Shown in pieces: positions 48,478 to 60,880 of a DNA stretch of 64,000 nucleotides. Under the pieces are notes generated by a model that saw nothing but the letters and a program-made list of their open reading frames with translations, was not told the origin of the DNA and did no database searches. Source of the DNA: Octopus bimaculoides (Eukaryota); the NCBI RefSeq assembly GCF_001194135.2, contig NC_068989.1, positions 24,665,530-24,729,529 of the forward strand. Direction: 5' to 3'. A program made the position numbers and the translations under genes. The first letter of the stretch is position 1. Every line of letters begins with the position of its first letter.

Positions 48478-49745
48478 TAACTGTTCCATATTTGGTAGAT
48501 CGAGGCAAATTTCTACTGCTGGAGTGTGTGAAGAATTTTGTGCTCTTTTCTGCTGTTGGGAATGTGCAAACTCTTCCTGGTACTGTATTGTGTTAGTTTG
48601 TTTTCTCTTGACGTATGGTGCAGTATTTTGTTGTGTTACTGCTTGTATTGTGAGTTGAGTGTGTAATGCTCTGACTTACTAGTGGCAGTTTACTTCTCTG
48701 GGTAAATGCTGTATAGAGTGTGTTTTGTATTTGTGGGTTGTTTTGTTCAGGCTGTATTATTGGATTGATAGTGTCTTGCATAGGATGTGGGCTGTTCCTA
48801 GCAGGGCTATTTTTGGACAGCGTGTTGTGGGTGTTGAGGATCCAGGTATAGCTTCTGCGTTTTTGTTCATTTGATTTTTTTTATCATGCCCATTGCTCCG
48901 ATTATTATTGGTATTGTTTTTACCTTCATGCCCCACATTTTGAATGCTTCAATTTCGAGGTCTTTGTACTTTGACAATTTCTCCACTTCTTTTTCTGACA
49001 ATATTTTGATCGGAAAGGACTGCAATTTCTATCAGAAAGCAGGTGTTTCCCCCCGCCCCAATCCTTGATTATCATATCTGGACGATTAGCTTTTATTTTT
49101 TTGTCGGTTTGAAACGGCATATCCCAAATGATTGTAGCCTGGTCGTTGTCTTGTACCTAGGCTCGCTTACTTAGGTTCACTTACTTAGGTTCGCTTCCTC
49201 TCTATCAAGCCTTGCAGTGATTTTTCTCTCCATTTCTTATTGAGTATTTTTGTAATTCAGTTTTCATGTTGTTTTTTGTCTCTTTGACCATTTCTGCTAT
49301 GTTGTCGTCTGAGGTCAGTGTGTCTGTGTACTTTGCTTCTGTTTTGTATTTTGTCGCCTCCTTGTGTACAGAAGAAACCGTTTTCTTTTTCTCGTGTTAC
49401 TTTTCTACATGCAGTAGTTTTCCACTCTTTGTGTTTCAGTACTTTACTAGTCCAGCTGTTGCTATTTTGTAGTAATTCTCTATCTGTATCAGGCCACGGC
49501 CTCCTTCTGAGCGCGTAGATATATTCTTTCTGCGTCTGCTTTGTGAGTGGTGACTTCGGTACGCTGTTAGTAGTTTTATGGTTTTTCTATCCAGGTTTCT
49601 CAATTCACTGATCCTCCAGTTTATTATGTTAAGGCTATAGTGTATGACTGGTATGGCTAGCGTGTTTATCCCTATTATCTTATTTTTAGCATTAAGTTCA
49701 GTATTTAACATTAGTCTAACTCTTCTGTAATACACTTTCCTGATT
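48478..49745 (-). mobile_element. 5'-truncated Dong/R4-clade LINE fragment
   Basis: KEKIRKVYYRRVRLMLNTELNAKNKIIGINTLAIPV..EGGRGLIQIEN; WDMPFQTDKKIKANRPD..EKLSKYKDLEIE..KTIPIIIGAMG. The 3' UTR ends in (TAA)n. Confidence 0.88.
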
Positions 49746-50265
49746 TTTTCTTTCACTTCTTCTTCTTCTTCTTCTTCTCGTCCGTCGTCTACTACCGCTT
49801 GACCGTCGTGCCTTGCCCCCGTTGACGCACCTCCTCTTCAAATTCTTGTGGAGGGGACAGGTTCCATTGGTGAGACGGTCCATCTGCTCCCAACACTTTC
49901 TACGCGGAGGGACGGGCATGCCGTGGCTAATGATGTGCAAACATAGACATTTCTCTGAAAAACATCTCAAATCTTTGAATCACACACAGTGATATTTCAT
50001 AGTTTGAAGTAATAGAAAAGGCTTACACATTTTTGGGGAGCCGTTAAATAGCCATCCTATCATCGTGGCTGCTTACAGTAGCACTGGAAACCGAATGGGA
50101 GAGGAGGGGAAAGGGAGAGGGGCGAAGGGGAAGAAGGTAAGCTCGCCGAAATTCCAGTATGGGGATGAATTTATGTATAGAAACCTGGAATTTTGAGAGG
50201 AGTGTCGTCAAGTTGGACATAGCATAGCTAAGATATAGGAATCTATGAACAACATATTATAATTA

Positions 50266-51665
50266 TCATTAATATTAATACGCCAATTTGTTTTTTTTAC
50301 GTATCTGATGCGTGTGTCACGCTTAAGAGAAAGAAAGTTTTGAAAGAAATTTTGTTGCTTAAATAAAATTTTAAAACTAGGTTTCTTGTAATTTCTGGAA
50401 GAGATTTGAAACAACCACCTACGTGTTGTATTACTACTTCTCAACACCCATGCCTACTAGTCCACCGAAGCAGCAACGATCTTAATGGGATAATTAAGAT
50501 ATTTAAATTTGACGTGTGTGTCGATCAAGGGAGAGAGGAAGTGAGAAAGAAGTGGGGAGAGAGAGAACGATAGGGAGTGGCTAAAATCCTTTGAATTCTT
50601 TTCTACGATTGAACTGAAATTGCCCCCTGGCTATTAAAGCCCCCCGCCCAAAACACACACACATTTGTTTTAGGTCTTCTACCCATTTCAATTCGGCCAT
50701 ACACCAGATAACATGTTAAGTCTGATGTTCCAAAATTTAAATTTTGAATTTGTTTTAATTATAAAATTACACCTCAGCTAAAAAACATTTTTTTGGCTTT
50801 CGAATACAATCTTTTCNNNNNNNNNNATAAAAAATATTAATTCAATTTTTTCCTTTCCTTAATACTAACAAGAGCATAGCTGTTATTTCTAGTAAATTGA
50901 ACAACCACACTGAGTTGTTCAATTGGCTCGTTTGTTGATGTGTATAAGTAAACAAAACTAAAAGACACACACACACACACACATATGAATGAGTCTGTGT
51001 TTGTCCCACCACCACCATTGCTTGACAACCGATGTTGGTGTGTTTGCATCCCTGAGAGACTGATAGAATAAGCGCCCAGGCTCACAGGGAATAAACCGAG
51101 GGCTCGATTTCTTCGACTAAAGGGTGGTGCTCTAGCATGGCCACAGTCAAATGACCGAAAAAATTAAAAGTATAAAAGAATACGAGAAAAACGTTCAGTA
51201 TCACTAAACCAAGCGGGTTCTCTGAATATGTACGATGTATTTTAAGGCTAAATAGTTATTCTGTTTGCGTTTGCGTAACTGAGATGTTGGTTGGATTATA
51301 CAGTTATCGGTTTTACCCTTCTTTTTATATTCTGTAACTGTCGCAATATACTTTTCTACTCTAGACACAAGTCCTGAAACTTTTTGGGGAGAGGGCCAGT
51401 CAATTAAAGCGACACCAGTACACAACTGGTACTTAATTTATCGACCCCGAAAGGATGAAAGGCAAAGTCGACCTCGGTAGAATTTGAACTCAGTAGGTAA
51501 AGACAGACGAAATATTGCTAAGCATTTCGCCCGGCGTGTTAACGGTTCTGCCAGCACGCCGCCTTTAACTGTCACAATATAGAAACATTTTCCATGGCAC
51601 CAAACACAATTTACAGATACTTACATTTTTTATATTTCCCGTGAAGTTTTCACGGGTTCAGCAAG
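50266..51665 (+). mobile_element. Non-autonomous Helitron, copy 2, carrying the SINE B 3' half (about 50985-51182) and SINE A (51353-51567)
   Basis: 5' end a|TC at 50266. Hairpin cccgtgaa-gtt-ttcacggg (51638-51656), ttcag spacer, then CAAG|t at 51665. Inverted homology to 17329-18903. Confidence 0.8.
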
Positions 51666-51776
51666 TTGTTGTTGTTGTTGTTGTTGTTGTTGTTCTTCTT
51701 CTTCTTCTTCTTCTTCTTCTTCTTCTTCTTCTNNNNNNNNNNTCTTCTTCTTCTTCTTCTTCTTCTTCTTCTTCTT

Positions 51777-51810
<34 letters not shown>

Positions 51811-51834
51811 GTTCTTCCTCTTCTTTGGTCGTAG

Positions 51835-51986
51835 TTGACAACTACTGGTCGACAGCTCAATCGTCTAATTACCATATACCAGTCCGGTGTGATGTAGATG
51901 GAATCGCAAAGTTTACTCCTTTCCATCATATTTATGATTTCTTCCACTTCCGCTCTGGTCTTCCAGATGACCCCACCATCTTTGAA
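51835..51986 (+). CDS. Coding exon 4
   Basis: Acceptor cttctttggtcgtag, donor GAA|gtaagt; 152 nt, phase 1-0: (V)DNYWSTAQSSNYHIPVRCDVDGIAKFTPFHHIYDFFHFRSGLPDDPTIFE. Confidence 0.92.
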
Positions 51987-52494
51987 GTAAGTAATTTATA
52001 TATATATTTTTTATTTTGATCACTCGTTTATAATAAATCTTATTTGTATCACTTGGCAACATGGAAGGTCTTGATTATAGTCAACTGAATCAACGCGAGT
52101 ATGTTTTTATGTTGCTGTTGATAATGATGATGCTTAACCCTTTAGAAGCACTGATCGACAAAGACATTCCAGCTGATGCCATTTTTATATTTCACTGTGT
52201 CTACATTATCTTACTGTTTTGCAGACTATAAGGTGTCAATTTTGATCAAGCAACTGTGTATAGGCTCCTTGTCTTGGCTCATCACCAGTGCTTGTACATA
52301 TAGGGCAAGGCTGAGAAGATGAAATGAATTGAATCAGATTCAAAGCTAGAAATTTGACGATCAAAACTGAATGCTACAACAAATCGTATCAGTATCTCTA
52401 CTTCAATTGTAGTTAATCTTATGAGTGCACAACTGAGTTAGGGTGGTGGATGTGAAAAGTATTTTGAGAAATGATAAGTGACCGTAAAAAAAAG

Positions 52495-55400
52495 GCCGTC
52501 TTCACCCTCTCACTCGCCGACGTGACGTCATCTCGTGCCCCTTTAGGTCCGTTCGTGACATCACTCCTTCTCCCTTTCGGTCACATTTCTTCCACTACAC
52601 TCTCCTGGATCTAAAGAGCACTGCCTTCCTGTTCTATTTCGTAATAGTCCATCCACTTGGGGCTGGGGTGGGGCGACGTTCCCTTTGAGGTCACTGTAGG
52701 GTCACAGGCCCCACATCTTCCTTCCCTTCGTCAGTGGAAGAGCTAATCACCCTTCGAATGTTCAGGACGTGATGTCACATTCCGCACACTGATACACTAT
52801 TAGGAGTACTCATCGCGGTTACCGTTCCTTTTTCTCATTGCGTTGTTCACCGAGCGTTCAGGAGATTCACCCACACTTCGTCTCCGACATGTAAAGATGT
52901 AATCCCTTCCACCTCTGCTGCTACGGAACCACACTCGTGTGTCTCTAGTTGTACCAGAATATGGCTCTTTGCGGGACCGACTTTTTGGTTTGCCCTACCT
53001 TGGGCGACATGTACCAGGAAACTCTGTATAGTAGAGATTCGTCCCCTTTCAGCCATGGCTTTAATCGTACGGTGGTGCCGTTCTGCAACCCCGTTTCCAC
53101 CTGGCCTATATGCAGCTTTGAAGAAGCGTCTTGTGCTTCACCTTTCAAGCATCTCCCTCAACTGCTCTGAGCGAAAAACTGCTGTTGTCCATAAATCGCT
53201 CGTCGACAGGCCCCCTTTCCAAGAGCACGGTATTCAGCACTTCTGCGACTTTGGCAGTAGTCTCTGCCCGGATCTCTCTCTATATAGCCATTCTCACCGG
53301 TTCACTGTCGAGCACTGAAAGGTACATCTTTCCTTGATAGTGCGTCACATCAATGGCTAGCCTTTTGCAGGCTTCCTCAACCCGAATCTTTCCCGTTCTG
53401 TTTTGTGTACACTTGGGGCAGGGTCAATGGATTAGCACCTGTTGCTCTTCTCCACTATCCTCTGAACATTCTCCCTGGTGACATCAGGATTGACCGTCCT
53501 GGCCCAAAACATCATCCTGTCGACCCCACCATGCGGGGCATGTTATGCAACCTCCTCAGTTCTGTGCCCTCTAGCCGACAAACCACAGCTACTCCACTCG
53601 GAACCTTCTCTGCTGTTTCCAACCAATATTTAAAAAAAATCTGGTTAGAACGTCCGCCTTATTCTTTTCCGTGGGCACGAAAACCAAATGGAATCCCAGG
53701 CCGAACTCAGCAGCTAAGTCCCTCAGGATTCCCAGGCGACGCTTAATCGCCATCTCCCGCGGCCCATTTCGTGCGAATCCTCTTCTGGTTGGTGATCACG
53801 GTATCCATCTACCCTCACACCATAGCAGAATAAGGCCGGACAGTTCGCAGTCCTCACCCCAGCGCTAGATTCACACCCTTTAATACAATGCCCAGTTCAG
53901 CTACATTGATGTAGTTGTTATTATCCTTCTTCCTAAGCCACGCCGTGTCTTCTACCTCAACACCTATTTCCAGAATGACTTTGAACGCTATGTTATTCGC
54001 GTCGCTCCACACGATCCCTTTTCTTGGTATCAGGCACGTACCAGCTGCCCTTCACTGTATATTCCGCTCGCACTCTCTCCAAGACCTCTCACATCATCAC
54101 CATCGTCTTCTCTCTCACTTATCACCACAGTTTACTCCTCCTCGCCTTTTGATATAGCTACATGTCGTTCAGAGCCATCCTGCGACAGGGTAGTGACCCA
54201 CCAGCTTCCCATACATCGAGAACAGCCCCCGCCTATTCAAATACTGATTTAGGTCTGTGATCTCATTTCCTCTGTGAAACACAAGCCTACCCGCTTTATC
54301 TCTTTCGAGCCTGAGCCTCAGCACCGTACCTCCAATAGCTTCTGGTGGTTTTGTCGTTAGTCCAAACCTCCCAAGATGCTTCACGATTTCCTTTGCTGAT
54401 GCCATATTCTCATCTACCAAAATATCAATATATGAGCTGGCAGCCTGCTCTACTTTGGTCTCTTTTCCCCAAATCACCTGGAGGACCTTCGTCATGATCT
54501 TCGGCGCCTAACTCAGCCGAAACCCAGTCGGGTTAAGCAGTATATTCTTTTCCTGTACTAGTTGGTACTTACACAACTTCTCTGATACGTGGAGCTGTAG
54601 ATAGGCTGACTTAAGATCGACGATCGTAGTCGTCCCCTTCATTCGCCTCCACTCACGAAGGTTTTCTCCATACACGTCCGCTGTCGCACCGCTCATATAA
54701 CAGGACACGTGTTCGTTCAACTCCTTGAAGTGCAGCACCGGTCGAACCTTATTCTTTGTCGGCTGAATCACAGCCATCAACGGCAGCACACCGCTCATTG
54801 CCTCCTCACTCCATGGCATCAGAATGTCCTTCTCTATCCATCTGTCTCTCGAATCCGAGCCTAACTTCTCTTTCAGGGTGTTCTCATAGCAGCTCACACA
54901 GTTTCTCAGTACGGGGGTTTTTCCTTTCAGATAGTATTTCACTGACCATCTTTTGTTGTCGAACTCAGCACGGAAGTCCTCGTCTTTAATTGTGCCTATG
55001 GAAACCCCTCTCTCAGCCGATAATCTGTCACTGCTACAGTCATCTTCCGCTCCACGCTCATGGCACGCAGCACACAAGTCACCAAAGTCTATTTCTGCAC
55101 CGACAACCGTCACACCATCCAATCGTGTGATCACATCCATTTCAAGTGCTACGTCGACGCCATCCACCACCTCATCAACTCCAATCGCCTGCAGCCTCAG
55201 CACGGACCCCTGTATCTCCAGTACTACTTCGTTGACGCCCCCATAGTCGACCCCACCTGCCATTCACCGCACTAAGCCTGATGTTTCCTCTCCAGCTCTC
55301 GACCATTCTCGCGGTTACCAAAGTCGTCGCACAATCCATATACACGAGGGCTCGTGCTTCCCTCACCCCCACCATAAGCCTTACTACAGGCAACGATCGA

Positions 55401-56579
55401 TGGTGCGCCTTCAGTTGGTCGTGGGGGAAAGTAGCGCGCAGTAGTTTCCCTCTCTTCGTTTCCCTGTTTGCAGTTTATTAGCTATATGCCCAGGCTGGCT
55501 GCATCGGTAACAAACCACCATTGGTTTTAGTTCCGCACATTCCCTGACCATATGCGGACCTCGACATCTAAAGCATAGTCCCTTGGCTGTTTGCCTCACC
55601 CGACTCTTGCTGTCGTTGTTCACCGCCTGCCTCTTAGTTCTGCTCGTATCCGCCGCCACTGTTGCCGCTACGTCGTGTGTGTTGCTTTGCATCAACACTA
55701 GCGTTTTGTCTATCATTTCTCCTACCGACATCGTTTCGATGTCCGGTATCTGCTGCAGACGTAACGAGATATATTTGGGGAATCTGGTCACAAAAGCCGG
55801 CTTCACTATTCGCTCCATCGTTGCTCCAGTAAACTCTGCTAGGCCCACCAACCTTCTAATCTCGCTCACGTAGTCGTCTATCTGCCCACCCATCTATCTT
55901 ACTCTCCTGAGTTTACTGCAGGCTTTAAAACCTCCTCCCACATACGCTCTTCAGCTGCTCTTCAATATTTTCCGCCTTCTCCTGGTCCACTTCGTCCATC
56001 TCCAAGCACAGATTCTACGCATGGCTTTCTAAGTACAGCGCATCTTCTGATGTTAGCCGCATCTTCTATACCCTGCAGCTTCGCCACGAGTCTCACCTTT
56101 TTTACATAGGCACAACATTGCCTTCCCCAGTAAACGGTCTCAACACATCACTACTAATTCTGATGTTTGTGACCATCGCGCGCCGGTGGTCAGAATGATA
56201 TGAGCGCAAAAACGAGGAAGAACAACAGAAAAAAAGAAAATATACACATAATTCTCAGACGTATATTCGCAGCTGGTAACGAAGTGCCGAAATGGCTTAT
56301 GGTTTAAAGGCACGAAATAAAGTTGCTCTTACCTCGAGTTGTAGTCAGGAACAAGCTAATTCATTGATTTGTAATCACGTGTCGACTCTGCCGATTTCTC
56401 GCTAGCTAGCAGTACTACGCCACGACTGTTAGCAACACACGGCCTTCCTCGCTGCAAACCCCCAGTAAGAAAGAGACCGTCTTCAACCTCTTGCTCACCG
56501 ACGTGACGTCATCTCGTACGCCTTCCGGTCCCTCCGCGACGTCACTCCCTCTTCCTTTCGGTCATTTATCCTTTCACCA
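52495..56579 (-). mobile_element. Degenerate Ty3/Gypsy LTR retrotransposon (gag-PR-RT-RH-IN) with partial LTRs
   Basis: Gag RPFTGEGNVV..KVRLVAKLQ and zinc knuckles CFRC/CYRC; protease ARALVYMDC; RT VLPLMAVIQPTKNKVRPVL..DLKSAYLQ..SYIDILVD; integrase ERNHRTIK-like region. LTR repeats at 52495-52599 and about 56475-56579; PPT aggagag precedes TGTAG. Confidence 0.9.
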
Positions 56580-57159
56580 TAAGAAGTGCCAAACAACTTC
56601 ACTTTAAATCTAAACCAAGGTGGCGGATTAGCGTAACAGTAAGAACGCCGGATCTAATGATTTGCAGTATTTGTTCCGGTTCTTTGTATGCTGGTTACAA
56701 AGCCTTTAGACTAAAGCTGTCACTTAGTTTAACACCACTTCCTGGCACCTTGGGTGCATTTAGCGAAATCTACTCTGTTTAATGCATTCAGGCTAGGTCC
56801 TGGTTTGGAAATATATTTCTCCTTCCTTCCAACCAGTTCGGAAACACTGAAAAAGGCCATAAGTATTGGCTTTCATCCTGACTAAAATAATGAAAAATAT
56901 GTGATCTGAGTTGATTTTGGCGCTACATAACAATAACAACACGAGTCAATAAGTCTGTATGTGGTCATCTTAGTTAAAACGGTAGCCAAATCTCTTTTAA
57001 ATCACTCCCTACGATTTTAGACAAGGACACATTAGTTAATGGTGTTTTAGTTTCAATGTAGACTGGAAGAAGACAGCAGGCTCACTTCAGAAATTATTCT
57101 AATTAAAGCAACTCCGATAAAAAAAGAAGTCAGAGAGACTTGCTTTGTTTGCTAGTTGT

Positions 57160-57502
57160 TGTTGTTGGCGCTTCGTCGCTTACGACGTCGAGGGTTCCAG
57201 TTGATCCGATCAACGGAACACCCTGCTCGTGAAATTAACGTGCAAGTGGCTGAGTACTCCACAGACACGTGTACCAGCGTGACACAGTGTGACCCTTTGA
57301 ATTACAGGCACAACAGAAAGTAAGAGTGAGAGAAAGTTGTGGTGAAAGAGTACAACAGGGTTCGCCACCATCCCCTGTCGGAGCCTCGTGGAGCTTTAGG
57401 CGTTTTCGCTCAATAAACACTCACAATGCCCGGTCTAGGAATCGAAACCGCGATCCTATGACCGTAAGTCCGCTGCCCTAACCACTGGGCCATTGCGCCT
57501 CC
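57160..57502 (-). mobile_element. tRNA-derived SINE family D
   Basis: Reverse-complement head ggaggcgcaatggcccagtggttagggcagcggac..ggtttcgattcc; (AAC)n tail. Confidence 0.85.
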
Positions 57503-57654
57503 TGTTTGTAAGTATAACAACAATAACAGTAACAACAATCTGGAAACTTTATAGCCTTCATTCATAAATCCTAGGGGACAACTCTCAAATTTATTAATAA
57601 GTTAGACAAAAATTATTATTTAGCATGTATTGCACTATACCTATCTTAATGTAA

Positions 57655-57860
57655 ATGTGGTGAGCTGGAAGAATCGTTAACATACTGGGGAAAGAGCTTA
57701 GCAGCATTTCATCCGTCTTTACGTTTTGAGTTCAAATTCTGTCGAGGTGAACTTTGCCTTTCATCCTTTCGGAGTCGATGAAATAAATACTAGTTGAGTA
57801 CTGTCTAGAGTCTCTGTAATCGACTTATCCACTCCCACGAAATTGCTGGCATTGTGCCCC
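57655..57860 (+). mobile_element. SINE family A
   Basis: tggtgagctggaagaatcgttaac..gagttcaaattctgtcgaggtgaactttgcctttcatcctttcggagtcgat. Confidence 0.85.
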
Positions 57861-58289
57861 CCCCCCCACATATTACTAGGGTACTTGGCAAAATATCTTT
57901 GCAGTAAACACCTACGTGTTTACCGTACGCTTCGTACGGTTTCGAAGAGCAATATTCCTGAGTTAACACTGGTTATAAATAGGCATAAAACCAGGAAATA
58001 GTAATATCTTCATATTACTCTGAAATAAATAGATAAATATCGATGGGTAAATGTATGTATATCTGTGCGTGTTGCAAAACATACTGCAGATGACCAGGTG
58101 ATTGATAGGAAAAATGAAAAGTCGGCACCGGCAGACTCGTACAGACTGGTCAGTTCTGGTATCTAAGACTACATGGTTCCTTCCAACGGTACACACAACT
58201 TATTAGAGTTGCTAATATGTAGGCGAGGGAGCACAAAAAAAAAATGGAAAATACAGATCAAAACGAACAGAGAATATGCAAGTTCTTAG

Positions 58290-58455
58290 CAGGGCCGGCC
58301 CTAGGGTTGCTGGCGCCCCGGGCAAGCTGAAGTTCGTCGTGAACAAGCTGACGGTCGTAGAAATTTCCTTGTCTTTGTCACGCCCTCCTTCTCGCTCCCT
58401 AGCACATGACGCCCCGGGCGACTACCCGAGTTGCCAGTACTTTTAGCCGGTCATG
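58290..58455. mobile_element. hAT (Tip100-like) MITE
   Basis: Termini cagggccggccctaggg..ggcgccccgggc and gccccgggcgac..agccggtcatg. Imperfect 8-bp TSD gttcttag/ggtcttaa. Confidence 0.65.
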
Positions 58456-59717
58456 GGTCTTAAGACTGAAAACGATAGTAGTGAGATATATGCGAGAGGA
58501 AAAGGGAATGTTTAGAACGAAAGACGAACCAAACAGAGAAATATACAAGTGTTCATACAATACGACGAAAAGTTTAAGCTGCGAAAAATACAAAATGAAA
58601 CGAAAAATATATAAAAAGAAATTTCTCTTTTGTCTTGTTCTGTACCTAGTGACAGAATCTTCCTTGTCATTTCCACTACAGAAATACTGTAAACTTGTGA
58701 ATGACCGGTCAGTAAGACAGAACAAATGATAATAATGTTACCCAGGTGTGAAATATAATAAACGGGTTGAGAAGACAACAAAAAGAGTAACGACGCTTCG
58801 CTATTATTTGCTTTTAGAGCATCCTTCATTCATATAAAATATATTATTTTATCTATAGAATGAATGAATGGCTTTGCCACGAGGTAGCGCACTAATAGCC
58901 ATTGGATCGGCAGTTCGTATCCTATCATCAGTACTGCGAGTGTTCTTAGTCTACAGCATTTGACTCTCGACTTAGCTGTCTCTAAGTATACACACACGAG
59001 GTAGCGTACACACAGACACAGACACACACACAGACAGACACACACACACATGGCTCAATCCGACAAGAGAGGGCAGCTTCATGATCCATTTCAAGGCATC
59101 CGGGAGGAAGGAAATTAATCTTGGACAAGAAGTTTGTTCTGAAAGCTTACACCAGAAAGGACTCCATTAAAAACGTCCATGGCTTGGTGGTAGAGGGAAA
59201 GAAAGCGACAGATTTAGTTTACCACATAACAACGGGGTCGGTGGCACTGAAAAGGTTCTCACACAATTTCCATGTACCAAATACCAATCACAAATCTTTG
59301 ATCAACTGAAAACTGTTTTGGGAAATATCTACTCTTTGATGCCGCGCAATCGGATGGAAAAAAGATCCACGTGACTGCGAAGTAAAAATTTTTTATTACA
59401 TAGTAGTGTATTTCTATAAAGATACTTATTTCAATGCATTGTTCTCTCAACGGAAGCGATTAAAAGGTTGTTAAGATGTCATGTAGTGAAGGTCATATCT
59501 TATTTTTTACCGGTGTTAGTTACTGGAATACAACCACATCAAGATATGATTTTCAGGGACTTCAGTAGATCATGCAAACTTACAACCAATTCAGATTGAT
59601 ACTTATATTACTGACTTCTAAGGGAAACAACAATAAACAAAGAATGTTTTTATTTTGTTTGTTGAATGATATAAAAATTAGGGTGATGCTACATCTTTTA
59701 TCGATATCTATTAACAG

Positions 59718-59840
59718 ACTCCAGATGGTATTTATTGTCCAAATCGTAAGATAACAAAAGAGTTACCAAGTATAAGTCTTACAATGTCGTTTTACACAGA
59801 AATTGTCACAAGGAGTTTTCCAGTCGTTGCAACAATAAAG
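59718..59840 (+). CDS. Coding exon 5 (linker and start of repeat domain 2)
   Basis: Acceptor atctattaacag, donor AAG|gtaagt; 123 nt, phase 0-0: TPDGIYCPNRKITKELPSISLTMSFYTEIVTRSFPVVATIK. Confidence 0.92.
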
Positions 59841-60165
59841 GTAAGTTTGCTATTCTTATTCCTCACCATATATATATACATATATATAAGGACATAATTT
59901 TATTCTCAAATGCAAGGTGAGGCTAATAATATAGAATGAACAGGATAAACTATCCATATTTTGCAGAAAAATCTGTCAGCGGCCAGCCATGAAACTCGAA
60001 CTCACATCCCTGTGATTGCATGTCAAGTGCTTTAAACGACAAATTCTTCTGCAAATTTAGGATATATAAATCTAGCTTTATAACACGCTATCGTACGTTA
60101 AATTCAGCTTACGTTGAAAGTCAACAAAGATTGCTTTAGAAGCATTGAGATGTATCTTTCAATAC

Positions 60166-60204
<39 letters not shown>

Positions 60205-60388
60205 CTTTCTTTTCTTTTATTGGTTTCAGTCATTTAACTGCGGTCATGCTGGAGCACGGCCTTTAGTCGAACAAATCGACCCTAGGACTTATGCTTTTTA
60301 AGCCTAGTACTTATTATATCGGTCTATTTTGCCGAACCGCTAAGTTACGGGGACGTAAACACACCAGCATCGGTTGTCAAGCGATGGT
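60205..60388 (-). mobile_element. SINE family B, 3' half
   Basis: tttcagtcatttaactgcggtcatgctggagcacggcctttagtcga..gccgaaccgctaagttacggggacgtaaac. Confidence 0.88.
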
Positions 60389-60412
60389 GTTTTTTATTGA
60401 TGAACAAAAGTG

Positions 60413-60680
60413 ATACATCATGAAAAAAAAAAGCAAAACAAAAAACAAAGAAAAAAAACAACAACCGCTTCCATCAGGTGAATACAGGTAAGAATTAACA
60501 GTTAGAACTTCTCGCAAAGTAGAACATAATGCCAGATGACTCAATCCGCCTGATTTCGAGAGGTTGAAATCAGATCAGTCGAGTTATCTGGTATTATGTT
60601 TTGTTTTGTGAGAAGTTCTAATTGCTAATTCTTACCTGTATTTACCTGATGAAAACGTTGTTTTTTATGCATGATGTAAC
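60413..60680. repeat. Imperfect palindrome (about 100-bp core arms, 4-nt loop gagg)
   Basis: catcaggtgaatacaggtaagaatt..ctgatttcga|gagg|ttgaaatcag..aattcttacctgtatttacctgatg. Confidence 0.85.
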
Positions 60681-60705
60681 ATAACACAAGCCATTGGTTT
60701 TATGA

Positions 60706-60880
60706 TAGGTGCAGCCGTAGCTGTGCGGTAAGAAGTTTGCTTTCCAGCCACATGGTTCGGGGTTTAGGAGTTTAGTCCCACTGCGAGGCACCTTGGGCAA
60801 GTGTCTTCTACTATAGCCTCGGGCCGACCAAAGCCTTATGAGTAGATTTGGTAGACGGAAACTGAAAGAAGCCTGTTGTA
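60706..60880 (+). mobile_element. SINE family B, 5' half
   Basis: gtagctgtgcggtaagaagtttgc..gtcccactgcgaggcaccttgggcaagtgtcttctactatagcctcgggccgacc. Confidence 0.88.

Noticed and set aside
57400-57502. tRNA-like sequences at SINE heads (also 4333, 41812 and 48255)
   Set aside because: They lack acceptor-stem closure and continue into SINE bodies; not tRNA genes.
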